Position numbers and translations under genes: made by a program. DNA of 64,000 nt, from assembly GCF_001194135.2 (NCBI RefSeq), contig NC_068982.1, forward strand, positions 134,359,153 to 134,423,152, written 5' to 3'. Positions within the stretch are counted from its first letter, which is position 1, and each line of letters begins with the position of its first letter. The DNA comes from Octopus bimaculoides (taxonomy: Eukaryota). The notes below the pieces were generated by a model, which saw nothing but the letters and a program-made list of their open reading frames with translations, did not search any database and had not been told where the DNA came from. This document shows positions 40,914 to 54,171 of the stretch, piece after piece.

Positions 40914-41256
40914 AATAGATGCTAGGTTGCCTAAGAATGGATGCTTGGCTGCCCAGGAATGGATGCTTGGCTGCCCAGGAATGGATGCTTGGCTGCCCAG
41001 GAATGGATGCTTGGCTGCCCAGGAATGGATGCTAGGCTGCCCAGGAATGGATGCTAGGCTGCCTAGAAATAGAAGCTAGGCTGCCTAGGAATGGATGCTA
41101 GGCTACCCAGAAATAGATGCTAGACTGCCCAGGAATGGATGCTAGGATGCCCAGGAATGGATGCTAGGCTGCCTAGAAATGGATGCTAGGCTACCCAGGA
41201 ATGGACGCTAGGCTGCCCAGGAATGGATGCCAGGCTGCCCAGGCATGGATGCTAGA
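40914..41256. repeat. 22-bp minisatellite (AATGGATGCTAGGCTGCCCAGG), 15 copies plus a partial
   Basis: Units start every 22 bp from 40914 to 41222, with no spacers. Confidence 0.97.
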
Positions 41257-41274
41257 AATGTTAGCTTGATGCTA

Positions 41275-41568
41275 CTGTGTTGTTGTTTGTTCCTTCTTGA
41301 ATCATGCCTGGCTCATAAGGGCCGGTTTCATTGGCGTATAGGTTCCCCACGAGGATGGGATGCTGGTCTGTCACAGGTTAGCTGATAGATGCAGGAGGAA
41401 AGAGTGAGAGAAAGTTGTGGCGAAAGAGTCAGAAGTTCACCATTACCTTCTGTCGGAGCCGCATGGAGCTTAGGTGTTTCGTTCATAAACACACACATCG
41501 CTAGGTCTGAGATTCAAACCCGCAATCCCTCGACTGCAAGTCCACCGCTCTAACCACTTGGCCATGTG
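41275..41568 (-). mobile_element. tRNA-head SINE (family C2)
   Basis: Reverse-complement head CACATGGCCAAGTGGTTAGAGCGGTGGAC...GGTTTGAATCTCAGAC; collinear with 60865-61160. Confidence 0.85.
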
Positions 41569-42367
41569 CTACTAGAGGTAGTTATTTGTTTTTTTAACCT
41601 CTTACAGGTACCCGGTGAGATATTGTGTTGGGTTTAGTGACAATGTAGTGCATCTGATAACTGGTGAAGGAGGTCAATGGTTGGTATCCTGATGCTGCAT
41701 TGTGTTCACAACCAAAGCCCTTTAATTTCCACTATCAGTTCGGCTATAAATAATCTGTACAAGTACTGCTCTCGTCTGTAACAAGTGGAATCACTGTATA
41801 ATTGTTTCGTCAGCTTGTGTTGCTGAGTTTATAATCGTCAAAGTGTATCTTGGCCAGGATAGCATCGTTCATGTCATGACTCATTTTCAACCAATTCTAA
41901 CACCATTGGTGAAAGGAATGATGAAGATGAGTGTGGAAGGAAGTAGAGGTTGGGGAGGAATGAGTGAGAGGGGTGTTGAGGATAAAGGGAAATGGAGAAT
42001 GTCACGAGCAATGTTCTCTTCACTTTTAGCAGGGAAATTGGCTTTAAAAGAAACATTTAAGTTGACTGAAACGAAAAGGGAAAAACCTCTCGGCTGAGTG
42101 GAAATGTATTTGTGGGGAGGTGGCTGTTATAGAGATTCAAGCACAGGTATCTTGATTTTAAGGAAAAATATGCCTACTCTACATTATATAAGGCATGGGA
42201 GTACCTAGGAAGAATATAAAGTTGGTTGTAACTTGGTACCAGAGTGAACTCTGAAGGTTCAAGGAGGTGAATATAAGAGAGAATATAGACAGTAGAGGGG
42301 GATGGAGGTGCAGAGAGGGTGGATAATTTCATAAGAGTGTGAGGAGTTGAATTTATTGTTTAGAAAA

Positions 42368-42536
42368 AGGAAGTTGAAATAGAATGAAATTTATATATTT
42401 TTGTCAGTTAATTACTGTTGAGAACTGACAAAATAAATTACTCTTCAGACTTTTAACTTTGTTTACTGTTTCATAAAAACGCTACATTTCAAATGGTTTG
42501 ATTTAATTTCGTCATCAGGAATTTTATTTACCATGT
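42368..42536. repeat. 169-bp element, copy 1 of a local direct duplication
   Basis: About 85% identical by eye to 43432-43600. Confidence 0.85.
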
Positions 42537-42929
42537 AGCCTGAGCCTTTGTTTAATGGCTCGATGGCTTAGTAAAGAAGAACACTGTAACCATTGTCAGT
42601 GTATTCATTCTAGTCCCTGTGATGACGCTGGTCCCAATCCATATCAGTTGTTGGCTTTCACTTGGAAATTATCAGTGGTGTAGAGAGGAGAAAGCTTGAA
42701 TGAATGGATAGCTGATAGAATCCTTTTATTAAAAATTCTTTCCTTGACCTGCATCTTGTTGAGAAACTCCCCAGAAACAGAAAACCCATGGTGAATCATG
42801 ACGGAAGGAGTCCCTAGGTAACATGCCATGAGAAGGTATTGATTTGGATTCAGAATGATATTTCTTTTAGCTGGACTTGTGAATTGATTTTAACACAACA
42901 GCTGGGAGCTAGGCAGTAGATGTTGAATC

Positions 42930-43170
42930 ACACGTGTATACACACACACACACGTACACACTTACGTACACACACACGTACGTACACACACACACGTACG
43001 TACACACACACACGTACGTACACACACACACGTACACACACACACACACACACACGTACGTACACATACACGTACGTACACACACACACACAAGCACGTA
43101 CACACACAGACAAGCACATACACACAGCACACAAACACACATGCACACACAAATGCACATGCACACTGAG
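42930..43170. repeat. Compound (CA)n microsatellite punctuated by CGTA/TACGTA
   Basis: Read directly from the sequence. Confidence 0.95.
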
Positions 43171-43431
43171 TAAATGGTGAGCTGGATTATTTCTCATGAG
43201 ATAATAAATGGTGGCAGATGTAGATACCAGGTTTATTATATTGTGTATACAGATGGCAGTTTGATTGCTATAAACATTTGTTCAGTTTGAGGTAATTGCT
43301 TATACCGCAAAACTAGAATATCAATAAAATACAACAGAATTAGATGGTATATTTGTGTGTGTACATGTGCATGCACGTGTCTACACATGCACACACATAA
43401 TTTTAATTGGATTTATTAGTTGTTGAAGGGA

Positions 43432-43600
43432 AGGAAGTTGAAAGAAAATGAAGTTTGTATATATTTGTCAGTGAATTACTGTTGAGAACTGACTAAATAA
43501 ATTACTCTTCAGGCTGTTAACTTTGTTTTCTGTTTCATAAAAATTCTACTTTTCAAATGGTTTGATTTAATTTCATTATCAAGAACTTTATTTGCCATGT
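43432..43600. repeat. 169-bp element, copy 2
   Basis: Collinear with 42368-42536 at an offset of 1064 bp. Confidence 0.85.
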
Positions 43601-45829
43601 CTAGTTATGTATTCGGGCTAGGATTGAACTAAAAAAACCCTTTATTTAATGATGTGATGCTGGTGAGTCCAGTCCAACCCTGAGTACAAATTCATAAGCA
43701 TATCAGATATGGTAATTGAAAGTGAACAGAGTTGCTATCTGGGACTATAGCCGTGTGAATAAAGCTGTTGGGATCCTGTATGAAATAAAAAGCTCATGAA
43801 TTCAATTCTAGATAAAATTACATTGTATATAAACATGATAATTATGGTAACTGACAACAAATTGTGATTGTGGTGTTTTTCAAAGCAGAAAAGGAGATTT
43901 GAGAGGTGTTATTAGCAAAGTAATGGAGTAACTTGTTCAGACAACCATTGGAGTGGTTTAGGTTATGGAAATATTAAGTCCAACATTCATGCTACTATCT
44001 ATTTTATTGTCTCTGCCGCGTAACTAATGTGATCAGCGAGTATGTTACATTTGTATAGCAATAGTCACATTTAATATAACACAAAAGTTGTTGCATTTAC
44101 TTTCTAAAAATATTCAGCATTGCATAGATTACCAAACATCAAAGTCTTTTGTCATGCATTTATGTCCTGATCACTGATTCTCTATTCCAACCATAAATTG
44201 TAGATCTATGTGGAAAGACTTTGATATTTGATAATCAATATGTTGTGTCATAAATGAAACAAAATGCATGTAATTATCTTTGTGTGTTTTTAAATAGTTA
44301 CTTTCACTCCGACACAATGCAATTGTTTTAGCTCCAACACATTTCGGATGAAATGGTTTGCTAAGCTGATTAGGCAGGCAGAACAAAGGAATTATATATC
44401 CATTTTGTTAAGATTTATAGCAATTTTAGTACGGTATAGATAATATATATGCATTTATGTATGTTTTAAAATATATCTTCCACGTACCACAATTGCTTGA
44501 CAGCTTTAGAACACTGCTCTTCCACATGATAGTGTACTTATCAACACTACAAAGCTAGCATTTTGTATAAGATCTCTTATTTAGTTATTTAATATCCTTG
44601 TCCTTTGTGCTGCATGCATGAATGTAATGTATGCAGGTACAAAATGTATGCAATGTAGTGTTGTATTATGTCATGTCTGGTATAGACTTTATTTTTCTTC
44701 TAAAAAAAAATATCTGAGGTTTTGCTGAGTACCTCTCATGGCCTTTTCAGCACCCATCCTGGGGCCTACAAAGATAGATACAGCTGAGACATCTTTAATC
44801 ATTAGCCCTTAGTTAAGCATGGTTGACTAAGTAAAAACAACATGTAGTAATATCGTGCATGATTGCATCATCACAATCAAGTTCAGCAGATGAGAGTTTT
44901 AAATTCTTCTTTTCCTTGTTTCAGTCAATGGACTGTGGCCATACTGGGGCACCACCTTGAAGGGTTTAGCCATAGAAATCGATAATTGATAAGGTCGATG
45001 TTTGTCTTGACTAACATGATGGAATAACATGAACAGGGAAGGATAGCATTTCAGATAAATGACATTCTGGAGAAGAAGGATTAAACATAGTGGTTAATTC
45101 AGGGTCAAGGAATAGGTGGGTGAGTGGGGGTGTACAATATTGGTCGAAAGGAGGAGGGGGTGATGAGTTGGATGATTATAAATGATAGTGAGACAAGATC
45201 AGATAACTAGATAAGGAGATGGGGTGGCAGGATTGGCTGGTGTGGGGTCAACTGGACTAAATACTTTAGAGTACTTAGTTCCATTCTATATTCTGAGTTT
45301 AAATCCTCTTCAAGGCTGTCTTCATAATCTCTTTAGAATTGATTAAATCAAATACCTGACAGACAATTCAACTGACTTTATCCATCCACTTTGAGGCCAT
45401 GTAGCAATGTAAACAAATCAATATTGTTTATTAAGACTGAATGAAAGACAGGATAGTTATCACAGTTGAAATGTTGTGATTATTAGTTTACTTGATCAGA
45501 GCTGAATTGGAACTAAGCTATAACATGGATGTTGTTTGTGTAAATGTCAAGTACCATAGAACAAGTGATCATTTCATAGTGAACCAATATCACTGAGGGA
45601 TTTTGATTTAAAAAAAAATTTTTTGTTTGAAGAAATATAGCTTCACTGTTAGTTAATACTCCTTGAGAAAGACTTTAACTTTGCAATTTGCTATTTTCTC
45701 TTCCCTTAAAATACAGACCATTTTTGTTTTCATCGACAGAAAAATACAAGAAACTTTGTTCTTAGATATTTGGATAAACAAAATATGAAGTATGTATTGC
45801 TTTCAGTGGAAAAATTCAGCAAATATTGA

Positions 45830-46190
45830 TGATTTTGATACCATTTTAATGTCCACTTTTCTCTGCTTGCATGAGTCAGATGGAGTTTATTGAGACTCAG
45901 TGCCCTTCCTGTCACCAACCCTAACCTGCTTCCAAGGATGGTAATAGTTCCTCATAGTCAGACATGATTTTGGCGAATATTTGAAATTACACTTATTTGC
46001 AACATCAAGGCAAACAGAAAGAGAGACAAACACACACATGGGTTTCTTTCAGTACCAAATCCACTCACAAGGCTTTGCTAAATCTGGGGATATAGTGGAA
46101 GAACATGCCCAAGGTGCCATACAGTGGAACTGAATCCTAAACCATGTAGTTGTGAAGTAAATTACTTAACCACACTATCCATACCTGCAT
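45830..46190 (-). mobile_element. SINE family A2 (head plus body D), diverged copy
   Basis: Head remnant at 46030-46190 and body D/tail at 45830-46010 on the minus strand. Confidence 0.65.
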
Positions 46191-47082
46191 CTCCATAACT
46201 AACATGTTACCGATTTTCACTTACATTTTTCCTTATATATCACACAATTTTAATTTCCTACTATTTTAAACTCTTCAAACTTGTGTTGTTCTAGTTTCAT
46301 CAGTTCACTACTCATGAGTGGATGTTGTGAATAAGTCAGTGACCTGGTCACATAAGTGCACTGAAACATTTTATTATTTTATGATACATTGTACTATTAA
46401 GAAATAAGTTGAAAATGAAGAAAACAAGTTTTATGTGTTTCTAATTAAACTGGTTCCTCCATTATGTAATTATTGTTTTGTTTTTAAGATAACTTCATTA
46501 GTTTGAGACGATGAGTGATGGCTAGAGAAATATTGAGCTTTGTTTTTAATAATCAGTTGATCTAGCAAGCGGGGCCTCATATCAGTGAGGGGGCACCGTG
46601 CACATTGATACCGCCGAGAGGTAGGCCTCGAAACTTGTGGCAATTTTTTTCTTATTCCCTCCCAAAAGAAAAACTGGCCTTTAATTCTTTGAAATATTGT
46701 CCTTTTTTTTAAAAATTTTCTCTAAAGTATTACTTCTTTAGATTCTGTCAAGATCGAAATTGTTGAAGCATAAAATAAACTACATACATTGATTGTTAGC
46801 TGTTGGATCACTTTGTCTTTCAAAAGTTCCATGTTTCCTGAAGTTCACAAACACCATTCCTCATGAGCCTGTGTACCTTTTCCTCTTTATGGCTCTTTTA
46901 CTGTTCACTTTTCTGTCTTTTTGTGCTTTGCCCTGTGTACTATGCAATGAACTTTTGCTTATCATTGTTGTCTTCCTTTACTTGAATTTTTAACCTCTGA
47001 CACTCTTTTTTATCCTTTTCCAGTTAATTGTAGTGTACCTCCTCACTGTATGCAATAAGCTCATTATCATTAGATTTGTGAA

Positions 47083-47296
47083 GGTCGTGAGCTGGCAGAT
47101 TCGTTAGCATGTCTAACAAAATGTTTAGTGCCATTTTGTCCCTCTTACATTCTGAGTTCAAATTCTGCTGAAATTAACTTTGCCTTTTGTCCTTTTGGGG
47201 GTTGGTGAAATAAGTACCAATCAAGTACTAGTGCTGATGTAATCAATTAGTTCCTTCCCACCAAATTTCAGGCCTTGTTACTATAACAAAGGATTA
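47083..47296 (+). mobile_element. SINE family B
   Basis: Head GGTCGTGAGCTGGCAGATTCGTTAGC; flanked by the TSD ATTAGATTTGT. Confidence 0.85.
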
Positions 47297-48142
47297 TTAT
47301 TAGATTTGTTATTCTTCATATTCTTTGCTCAATGAATTTTTTTGGAATTTTTTAAAATCAAAGCTAAACAAGGAAGACAAAAACTATAGTTGGAATTTTT
47401 TTGTGAATCTTTCCTACAAACTTGAGTCAGGTTCCTTTTTATGAAAGAATAAACATTTTGGTAAGAAGAGCTGATATCTATCAGCATCAGCTGTTTTTTT
47501 TTTTTTTGTTTTTTTTCTCACATATGTTGCTGGATAGATCTGCTTCAGGGAAGAGAGAAATACCCACAGGTATTGTTGAACAGAGACACAACAGACATGC
47601 TAGTTTATTAACATGACATACCTCTGATTATCATCATCATCATCACCACTTTAGCACTCGCTTTTCACTGACATATTTGGAATAGTCTTACAAGGCATAT
47701 ACCACACTGTGCATCTTATTTCTGTATCATGTTATCTATCAGGCCTAACAATTTCTACAACTGCTTAGGAAATGTACTTTTTTTTTTTTAATACTACTGT
47801 TTTATATTTTAATAACGCTAGTTATTATTCTTGTTACTCTGAATTCAAAATAGAATTCCATTCCAAACTGTTCTTTTGTAAACACCTGCAAACATTGTTT
47901 TATTTTATAATACTTGACAGAATGAATATGAGATAATGAAAAAGCATTGCTTGATGTAGGCAAAAATTTCATACAAGCATGAACTTTTCTAATATCACCA
48001 ATCATTCATCACTGAAGGAATGTTATCTTGGGTGGTCTATTGTTGTTATCAGTTTGGTAATAGATAAAGCAGTAGATTAACCCTTCAGATATTAATCCAC
48101 CTGAAACTACCCTTGGTTCTATAATACAAATACCATGTTTAA

Positions 48143-48348
48143 CCCTTTTGTTACTATTTATTTTGAGATGCTCTGTGTTTCTTTCAATTACTTTAAATAT
48201 AACAAAGAATTTAGTAAAATAATTTTGTTATTACTCAGCTAATGTTAAGAACATAAATTGTGACTAAGGTTTGGTGGAAGATTTTAATTCAAAGTTTATG
48301 AAAACAAGACATTTATACTCGCTTTCAGCCGGGTTGGTAATGAAAGGG
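48143..48348. mobile_element. piggyBac-type MITE nested in the TTAA of a related MITE that starts at 48081
   Basis: TTAA at 48139-48142 and 48349-48352; termini CCCTTTTGTTAC and GTAATGAAAGGG. The host MITE resumes with AGTGATTAAAATTAAAACTTTCCATC. Confidence 0.8.
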
Positions 48349-49869
48349 TTAAAGTGATTAAAATTAAAACTTTCCATCAAAGTTTTATGTTAATTTACAT
48401 TCCAAACACCAGCTTAATAATGACAGTTATTTTAATAAAGAATACACTATTTTTTTTAAAATTCATGGCAACAAAGGGAGTATATTTCAGTGTAAATCAT
48501 CATCATCATGAAATGTCTGCCTTTCATGCTGGCATGGGTTATATGATAGCAAAACGGTTAAACATAAAAAAATAGAGCTCTACAATAGCCTAAACATTGA
48601 AATATATACAATATAAAGGTGAAATAACAATGGATGATATACTGGACTGCCATCTCATGTGTTTTATGCTCAAATCTACATAGACCTCCCAGACTGCATA
48701 CAAAAAGAATCACTTGATTGGTTGCCTTAAAGCTGCTCACAGACATACTCCAGCCCCCGGCCTGCAACTCTTTGCTTCAATGAATTCTTTCTGACCCATG
48801 CATGTATGAAAAAGTATATTAAAATGAAAGCAATGATATTAAGAGTGGAGAACTGGTCAAAATTATATTTGGTAAACTGTGACAGTATTAAACAGCTACA
48901 TAGCTATTATTTGATATTATTGTAATTTCTGCTTTTTAAATATTTTGTTAATTGTCTTTCTTAATGAAAGTTCAGACACAGAATGTTATATTGAATGTTT
49001 TATTATCCAGTTTGTAATCTGTAAATGTAGAGCCCTGTTCCTGTTAGTGGTAATAAAGTATAACCAATCATTTTCTGAGAGACAAGTCAATCATTTCTAC
49101 ACATGCCCCACAAATTTGTGATCCTGTGCCAAGTTAGAAATTACTGTTGCTTTACAAAACAGAAAGATTAAAGTAAAAATTACATTAACATAAGCACAGG
49201 TTTTTTTTCCCCCTCTCTCCCAACTGAATATCACTACCCAGGTTGTAAAAAATATGGCAAACAATTATCTTGCTTTTACAATAAGTTCCTTGACTGCATC
49301 TTGAATTAACATTTTAACAAGAGGGCAGAAAGATAAGCAGACTACTTTCTTTTCTTTTTTGTCTTTTTTGATCCTTTAACTTGTAATAAAATAACCTTCA
49401 GACAAAAGATATACTGAAGTGGCCAACTGTTTAACCCATTCAACACCTACCCACCTGAAACTGCCCCAAGTTAAGTAGTGAAATTTAAATCCAAATCTTG
49501 GACTGATAAAATGAAAAAGATAATATATAACTTCAATATCTAAAAAGTTGTCTAAAGTCCATTAACTTTTTCATTCACACTTTTACAAGTCTTGATTATT
49601 TTGAAAATTAAAACACACCCAGAATGTGTTTGTATTAAAAATATGGTCAAAAAATGTTTAATTATGATGAAAGGTAACTTTCTCCCTTAGTGCTTTGACT
49701 TTAAATGTTGGCAATATTGTCACATCAAGATTATAATTCGTTACCACCCTAATATGCAAAATTTGGATGGAGAATGACGAAATTGGTTTCATTCTTGAAG
49801 TTAATAAAATAGGTTGATCTAAACGACTATTGTCTTTATGAAAGTGTGCTGCATTGTAACAAAGTTAGA

Positions 49870-50101
49870 AATAATAATAATAATCCCTTCTACTGTAGGC
49901 ACAAGGCCTGAAATTTGGGGGAAGGGATTAAGTCAATCACATCAATCCCAGTTCGTAACTGGTACTTATTTATCAACCCTGAAAGGATGAAAGGCAAAGT
50001 TGACCTCAGCGGAACTTGAACTCAGAATGTAGCGATGGGAGAAATACCACTAAGCATTTAGTCCAGTGTGCTAATGATTATGCCAGCTCACCACCTCCAG
50101 A

Positions 50102-50150
<49 letters not shown>

Positions 50151-50575
50151 GTTTCAAATTTTGGGGCAAGGCCAGTAACTTCAGGGAAGCGGTTAAGTTT
50201 ATTATATCGAACCTGGTGTCCTTCTGGAACTTGTTTTATTAACCTCGAAAGGATGAAAGGCAAAGTTGACTTCAGCAGGATTTGAATTCAGTCTGTCATG
50301 ACAGACAAATTGCTGCTAATTATTTTGCCCAAAGGGCTAATGATTCTGCCATAATGGTGAGCCTGGAAGAATTATTAGTGCACCAGAGAAAATGCTTGGT
50401 GGCATTTCTTTTGGTTCTTCACTTTCTGAGCTCAATTCCCACCAAGGTCAACTTTGCCTTTCATTCTTTTTGGGGTTCATAAAATAAAGTACCAGTCAAG
50501 TATTAGAATTAATGTAATTACTTGCCCCCTCCCCTCAAAATTTTTAGCGTTGTCAAAATCAAAAAGAATTATTAT
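49870..50575. mobile_element. Cluster of three SINE family B copies (minus, minus, plus) including an (AAT)16 tail
   Basis: Minus copies at about 49870-50095 and 50101-50350, plus copy at about 50355-50575. Confidence 0.8.
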
Positions 50576-50665
50576 GCATTACCTTTGCAGCTTTAATACT
50601 TCAGCTATGTACTTGAACATGTAAATATTTAAAACGACGTCCACAATAGAGATGATATATGTTCT

Positions 50666-51240
50666 AGGCTGTGTGGTAAGTAGCTTGCTTACCAACCACA
50701 TGGTTCCAGTTTCAGTCCCACTGCGTGGCACTTTGGGCAAGTGTCTTCTACTATAGCTTCAGGCTGAACAAACCCTTGTGAGTGAATTTGGTAGACGGNN
50801 NNNNNNNNAGCTTCAGGCTGAACAAACCCTTGTGAGTGAATTTGGTAGACGGAAACTGAAAGAAGCCTGTTGTGTGTATGTACAGTGGGGGGAAATAAAT
50901 ATTCGTACATGTCAAAATTCTTTATTTAATTTCTAATGAAAATAAATGGGATATACCAATACTATATTTGGATACACATACATAAACTAAGAATATGCAA
51001 AGGAAACTAATAAATTATAGTAACTAATGAATTGTGTGTGTCTGTGTTTGTCCCCCAACATCGCTTGACAACTGATGCTGGTGTGTTTATGTCCCCCGTA
51101 ACTTAGCAGCTTGGCAAAAGAGACCAATAGAATAAGTACTAGGCTTACAAAGAATAAGTCTTGGGGTCAATTTATTTGACTAAAGGCAGTGCTCCAGCAT
51201 GGCCACAGTCAAAATGACAGACAAATAAAAGGAAAAAGGA
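50666..51240 (+). mobile_element. SINE family A with a Tc1-like terminal fragment (about 50883-51030) in its microsatellite
   Basis: Head, (TG), TA-CAGTGGGGGGAAATAAATATT..., then (TG) and tail-1. Confidence 0.8.
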
Positions 51241-51651
51241 TAAGTGTGCTTATATAAACCATTAATCAATTTGATCTCAGAAAATTCTTTCTTCCATATT
51301 GGTTGTTCCAGCAACATCTTTGTTTTTTTCTTTTGTTCTATGTTTAAATACCTTTATGAGGGTGAGTATCTCTTGGGTCAGATAAATGTCAAGCATTGGT
51401 GAATTTACAGTGGAAAAATATGGCAAGTAAAGAATTTTCACACAGCCTCATACCTTGGAATGGAAGGACCATTAATTACTCTCAGGAATGCAATTTTATT
51501 TTTTATTCTTAGTTTTACATTCCATAGCAGCATGAGTGGGATGGCTTTCATAAATTTAGACAAACACTGTTGGAACCAGTTTCGTTTCTAATGTTAAACA
51601 TCCAGTCATGTTAGCTGGAGTAGAGTTAACTTATGGTTATCTTGTAGGTGA

Positions 51652-51974
51652 AGGCGCATGGCTCAGTGGTTAGAGCGTCGAGCTTACGATCATGAGGTTG
51701 TGAGTTCGATTCCTGGACCGGGCTGCGTGTTGCGTTCTTAAGCAAGACACTTTATTTTACGTTGCTCCAGTTCACTCAACTGTAGAAATGAGTTGCAACA
51801 TCACAGGTGCCAAGCTGTATCGGCCTTTGCCTTTCCCTTGGTGTGGAGAGGGGAGGCTGGTATGCATGGGCAACTGTTGGCCTTCCGTAAATAACTTTGC
51901 CCGGACTTGTGCCTTGGAGGGTAACTTTCTAGGTGCAATCCCATGGTCAGTCATGACCGAAGTGGGGTCTTCTC
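51652..51974 (+). mobile_element. tRNA-derived SINE (family C), best-preserved copy
   Basis: A box TGGCTCAGTGG and B box GTTCGATTCC; imperfect TSD ATCTTGTAG(G)TGA at 51639 and 51975. Confidence 0.9.
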
Positions 51975-52047
51975 ATCTTGTAGTGAGGTACCGTAGAATG
52001 TCTGATAAAAGTTTGAAGCTATAAGTGTGTAGTGAATCATTATGGTA

Positions 52048-52425
52048 TCTTTTTATCTTTTACTTGTTTCAGTCATTAGACTGTGGCCATGTTGGGGTAC
52101 CACCTTGAATTTCAACCAAATGAATCGACCTCAGCACTTATGTTTTTAAGCCTGATACTTATTCTATTGGTCTGTTTTGCCAAATTGCTACTGTATGAGG
52201 ACATAAACACACCAACACCAGTTGTCAAGTGGTGGTGGGGGACACACAGATACAAAGACACATCAATATATACACGTGCACATGCACACACACACTTCTT
52301 TCAGTTTCCATCTACCAAATCCACTCACAAGGCTTTGGTTGGCTCAAGCCTATAGTTGAAGGCACTTGCCCAAGGTACCATGCAGCAGGACTGAACCCAA
52401 GACTATGTGGTTGGGAAGCAAACAC
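52048..52425 (-). mobile_element. SINE family A
   Basis: Tail-1, (CA)-rich middle and head on the minus strand. Confidence 0.85.
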
Positions 52426-53033
52426 GCACCCACACACGACGCATGCACATGCAAATACACACACACAAGCACCAATCTGTGGGAGCAGCAGCTCCCAATA
52501 AGAAATGATTTGCACTGTGATGACCCATACAACCCATGCCAGCATGCAAAGTGGAAAATGATAATGATAACTGACAGGTGCATACACACAGATCCCTTTT
52601 ATTGTCTCCTCCTCATCATTTTGATATCTATTTTTCCCTATTTAAATTAAGTCTAAGATGCAGCATATCAGTGCTAATCTAGCATTTTTTCTTCCTTTAC
52701 CAAAGACATCTTCCATTGTCAGCACACAATACTTTATCAACAACACTCATCCTCCATTATATCCATATAAAATGGTTGTCTCCTCTGCAGGAACTGGCTA
52801 ATCAATGGCCATGCAACCCCACTTTTCATAAATCTATTGTTATTATCATTCAATAGTCTTATTTTTATTACATGCTTTCACTGCAATACCAAGCGCATCT
52901 CTGTGTGCCTTGGGTATGTGTTGTGGTTTGTTGGGATGTTCTTATTTTCACTGTATTGAAAGTGTTTTATGTGGGATGTGTTCAGTGCCCAGTAGTGTTA
53001 TTCTCTGTATGCTATATATTATTACCATTATAA

Positions 53034-53245
53034 TAAGGTGGTGAGCTGGCAGAATTGTTAGTACGCTGGGTAAAATGCTTAGCGGTATTTTGTCTGCCAC
53101 TACATTCTTAGTTCAAATTCTGTCAAGGTTGACTTTGCCTTTCATCCTTTTGGGGTTGATGAAATAAGTACCAGTTACACACTGGGATCAATATAATCAA
53201 TTAGTCCCTCAAGTAGAAATAATTATTATTACCATTATTATTATT
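53034..53245 (+). mobile_element. SINE family B with an (ATT)n tail
   Basis: Head AAGGTGGTGAGCTGGCAGAATTGTTAG; body as in the other family B copies. Confidence 0.85.
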
Positions 53246-53620
53246 ATTACCTCTGCCTTAGCGAAGGTGGAGGTATTGTTTTCAGTCATGTTTGTTTGTC
53301 CATGGACAAGATATCTCAAGAACTGCTGGATAGATTTGGATGAAACTTTCAGGGAAGTTTGGCCTCGTGACTGGTACAAACTGATTAGATTTTGGGATCC
53401 ATCTGGTACCAGACAAGGATTCTGGATTATTTTTCCGTTTTTTTTTTTGTTTTTTTTACTTAATTTTTGAGAGCGGTCAGGTTCATTCTTAGTATTCTCG
53501 TTTGTGAGAGCAGTCGAGTTTATTTCAGATATTCTCATTTTAAAAATCATCTCCAGCTAATCATTGAGAGGACGTTAGTGTTACCTTGGCAGAGGTTTGC
53601 ACTCTCTGAGTGCTCTTGTT
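53246..53620 (+). mobile_element. Non-autonomous Helentron-associated (HINE/DINE-1-like) element
   Basis: Sub-terminal inverted repeat ACCTCTGCC (53249-53257) with GGCAGAGGT (53588-53596), a short (GTTT)n run near the 5' end, and a 3' hairpin GCACTC-TCT-GAGTGC (53599-53613) followed by T-rich sequence. Confidence 0.6.
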
Positions 53621-54095
53621 AATATTATTACTGTTATTGAGGTTAAAGAATCATGAGAGCATCAAAAAAAAAATATCTTACTTTATTTCTTCTGAAGCTC
53701 TAATAGTTCAAATCCTGCCAAGATCAATTTCACCTTTCATCCTTTCAAGGCTGATAAAATAAAGTATCAGTGAAGTACTGGGGTTGATTTAATAAACTAA
53801 CCTACTTTCCCTGAAAAAAACTGTTGGCCTTGTGCCTAATTTAGAAACCATTATTATTATCAAGGTGGCATATTAGTTTGATATAGTTAATGTTTGTAAA
53901 CACATTGCTTGCCATACAGGAAATTGATATGAACGTTTTGATTGTAAAAGGCTTTGAGTACTGCACAGAATGTTATAAAGAAACAGCCTTTTCTCTCTAA
54001 ACATTCCAAGCAATTCTGTAGAAAGTGTACCTACAGTTAGAAATCTGACTACTACTTATGATTTTTTTTTAGCTTTTTTTGGCTTTTTTTATTAT

Positions 54096-54171
54096 CTTCC
54101 TTCAGGCTGGTAAATTAAGAACCATTCTGTTTTTATTCTGCGAGTTTGTTGGTAAAGAAAACACGATTGAT
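54096..54171 (+). repeat. 76-bp inverted repeat, arm 1 (acceptor-4nt-donor module)
   Basis: 70/76 identical, ungapped, to the reverse complement of 57002-57077. Confidence 0.92.

Noticed and set aside
40914-41256. Regular short repeats resembling a CRISPR array
   Set aside because: The units are contiguous with no unique spacers, there are no cas genes, and the context is eukaryotic.
42368-42536. CTGAAGA and CTGATGA heptamers on the minus strand next to a hairpin, suggesting a second hammerhead
   Set aside because: No GAAA follows the putative stem II after CTGAAGA, and CTGATGA-C-GAAA leaves no stem II; copy 2 is further degenerate.
50755-50852. Exact 44-bp direct repeat inside a SINE head
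   Set aside because: The two copies flank a 10-N gap exactly, which is typical of an unmerged contig overlap.
51652-51720. tRNA-like sequence with A and B boxes
   Set aside because: The acceptor and anticodon stems do not pair properly, and it continues into a repeat body with a TSD and a second copy at 1738. It is a SINE head, not a tRNA gene.
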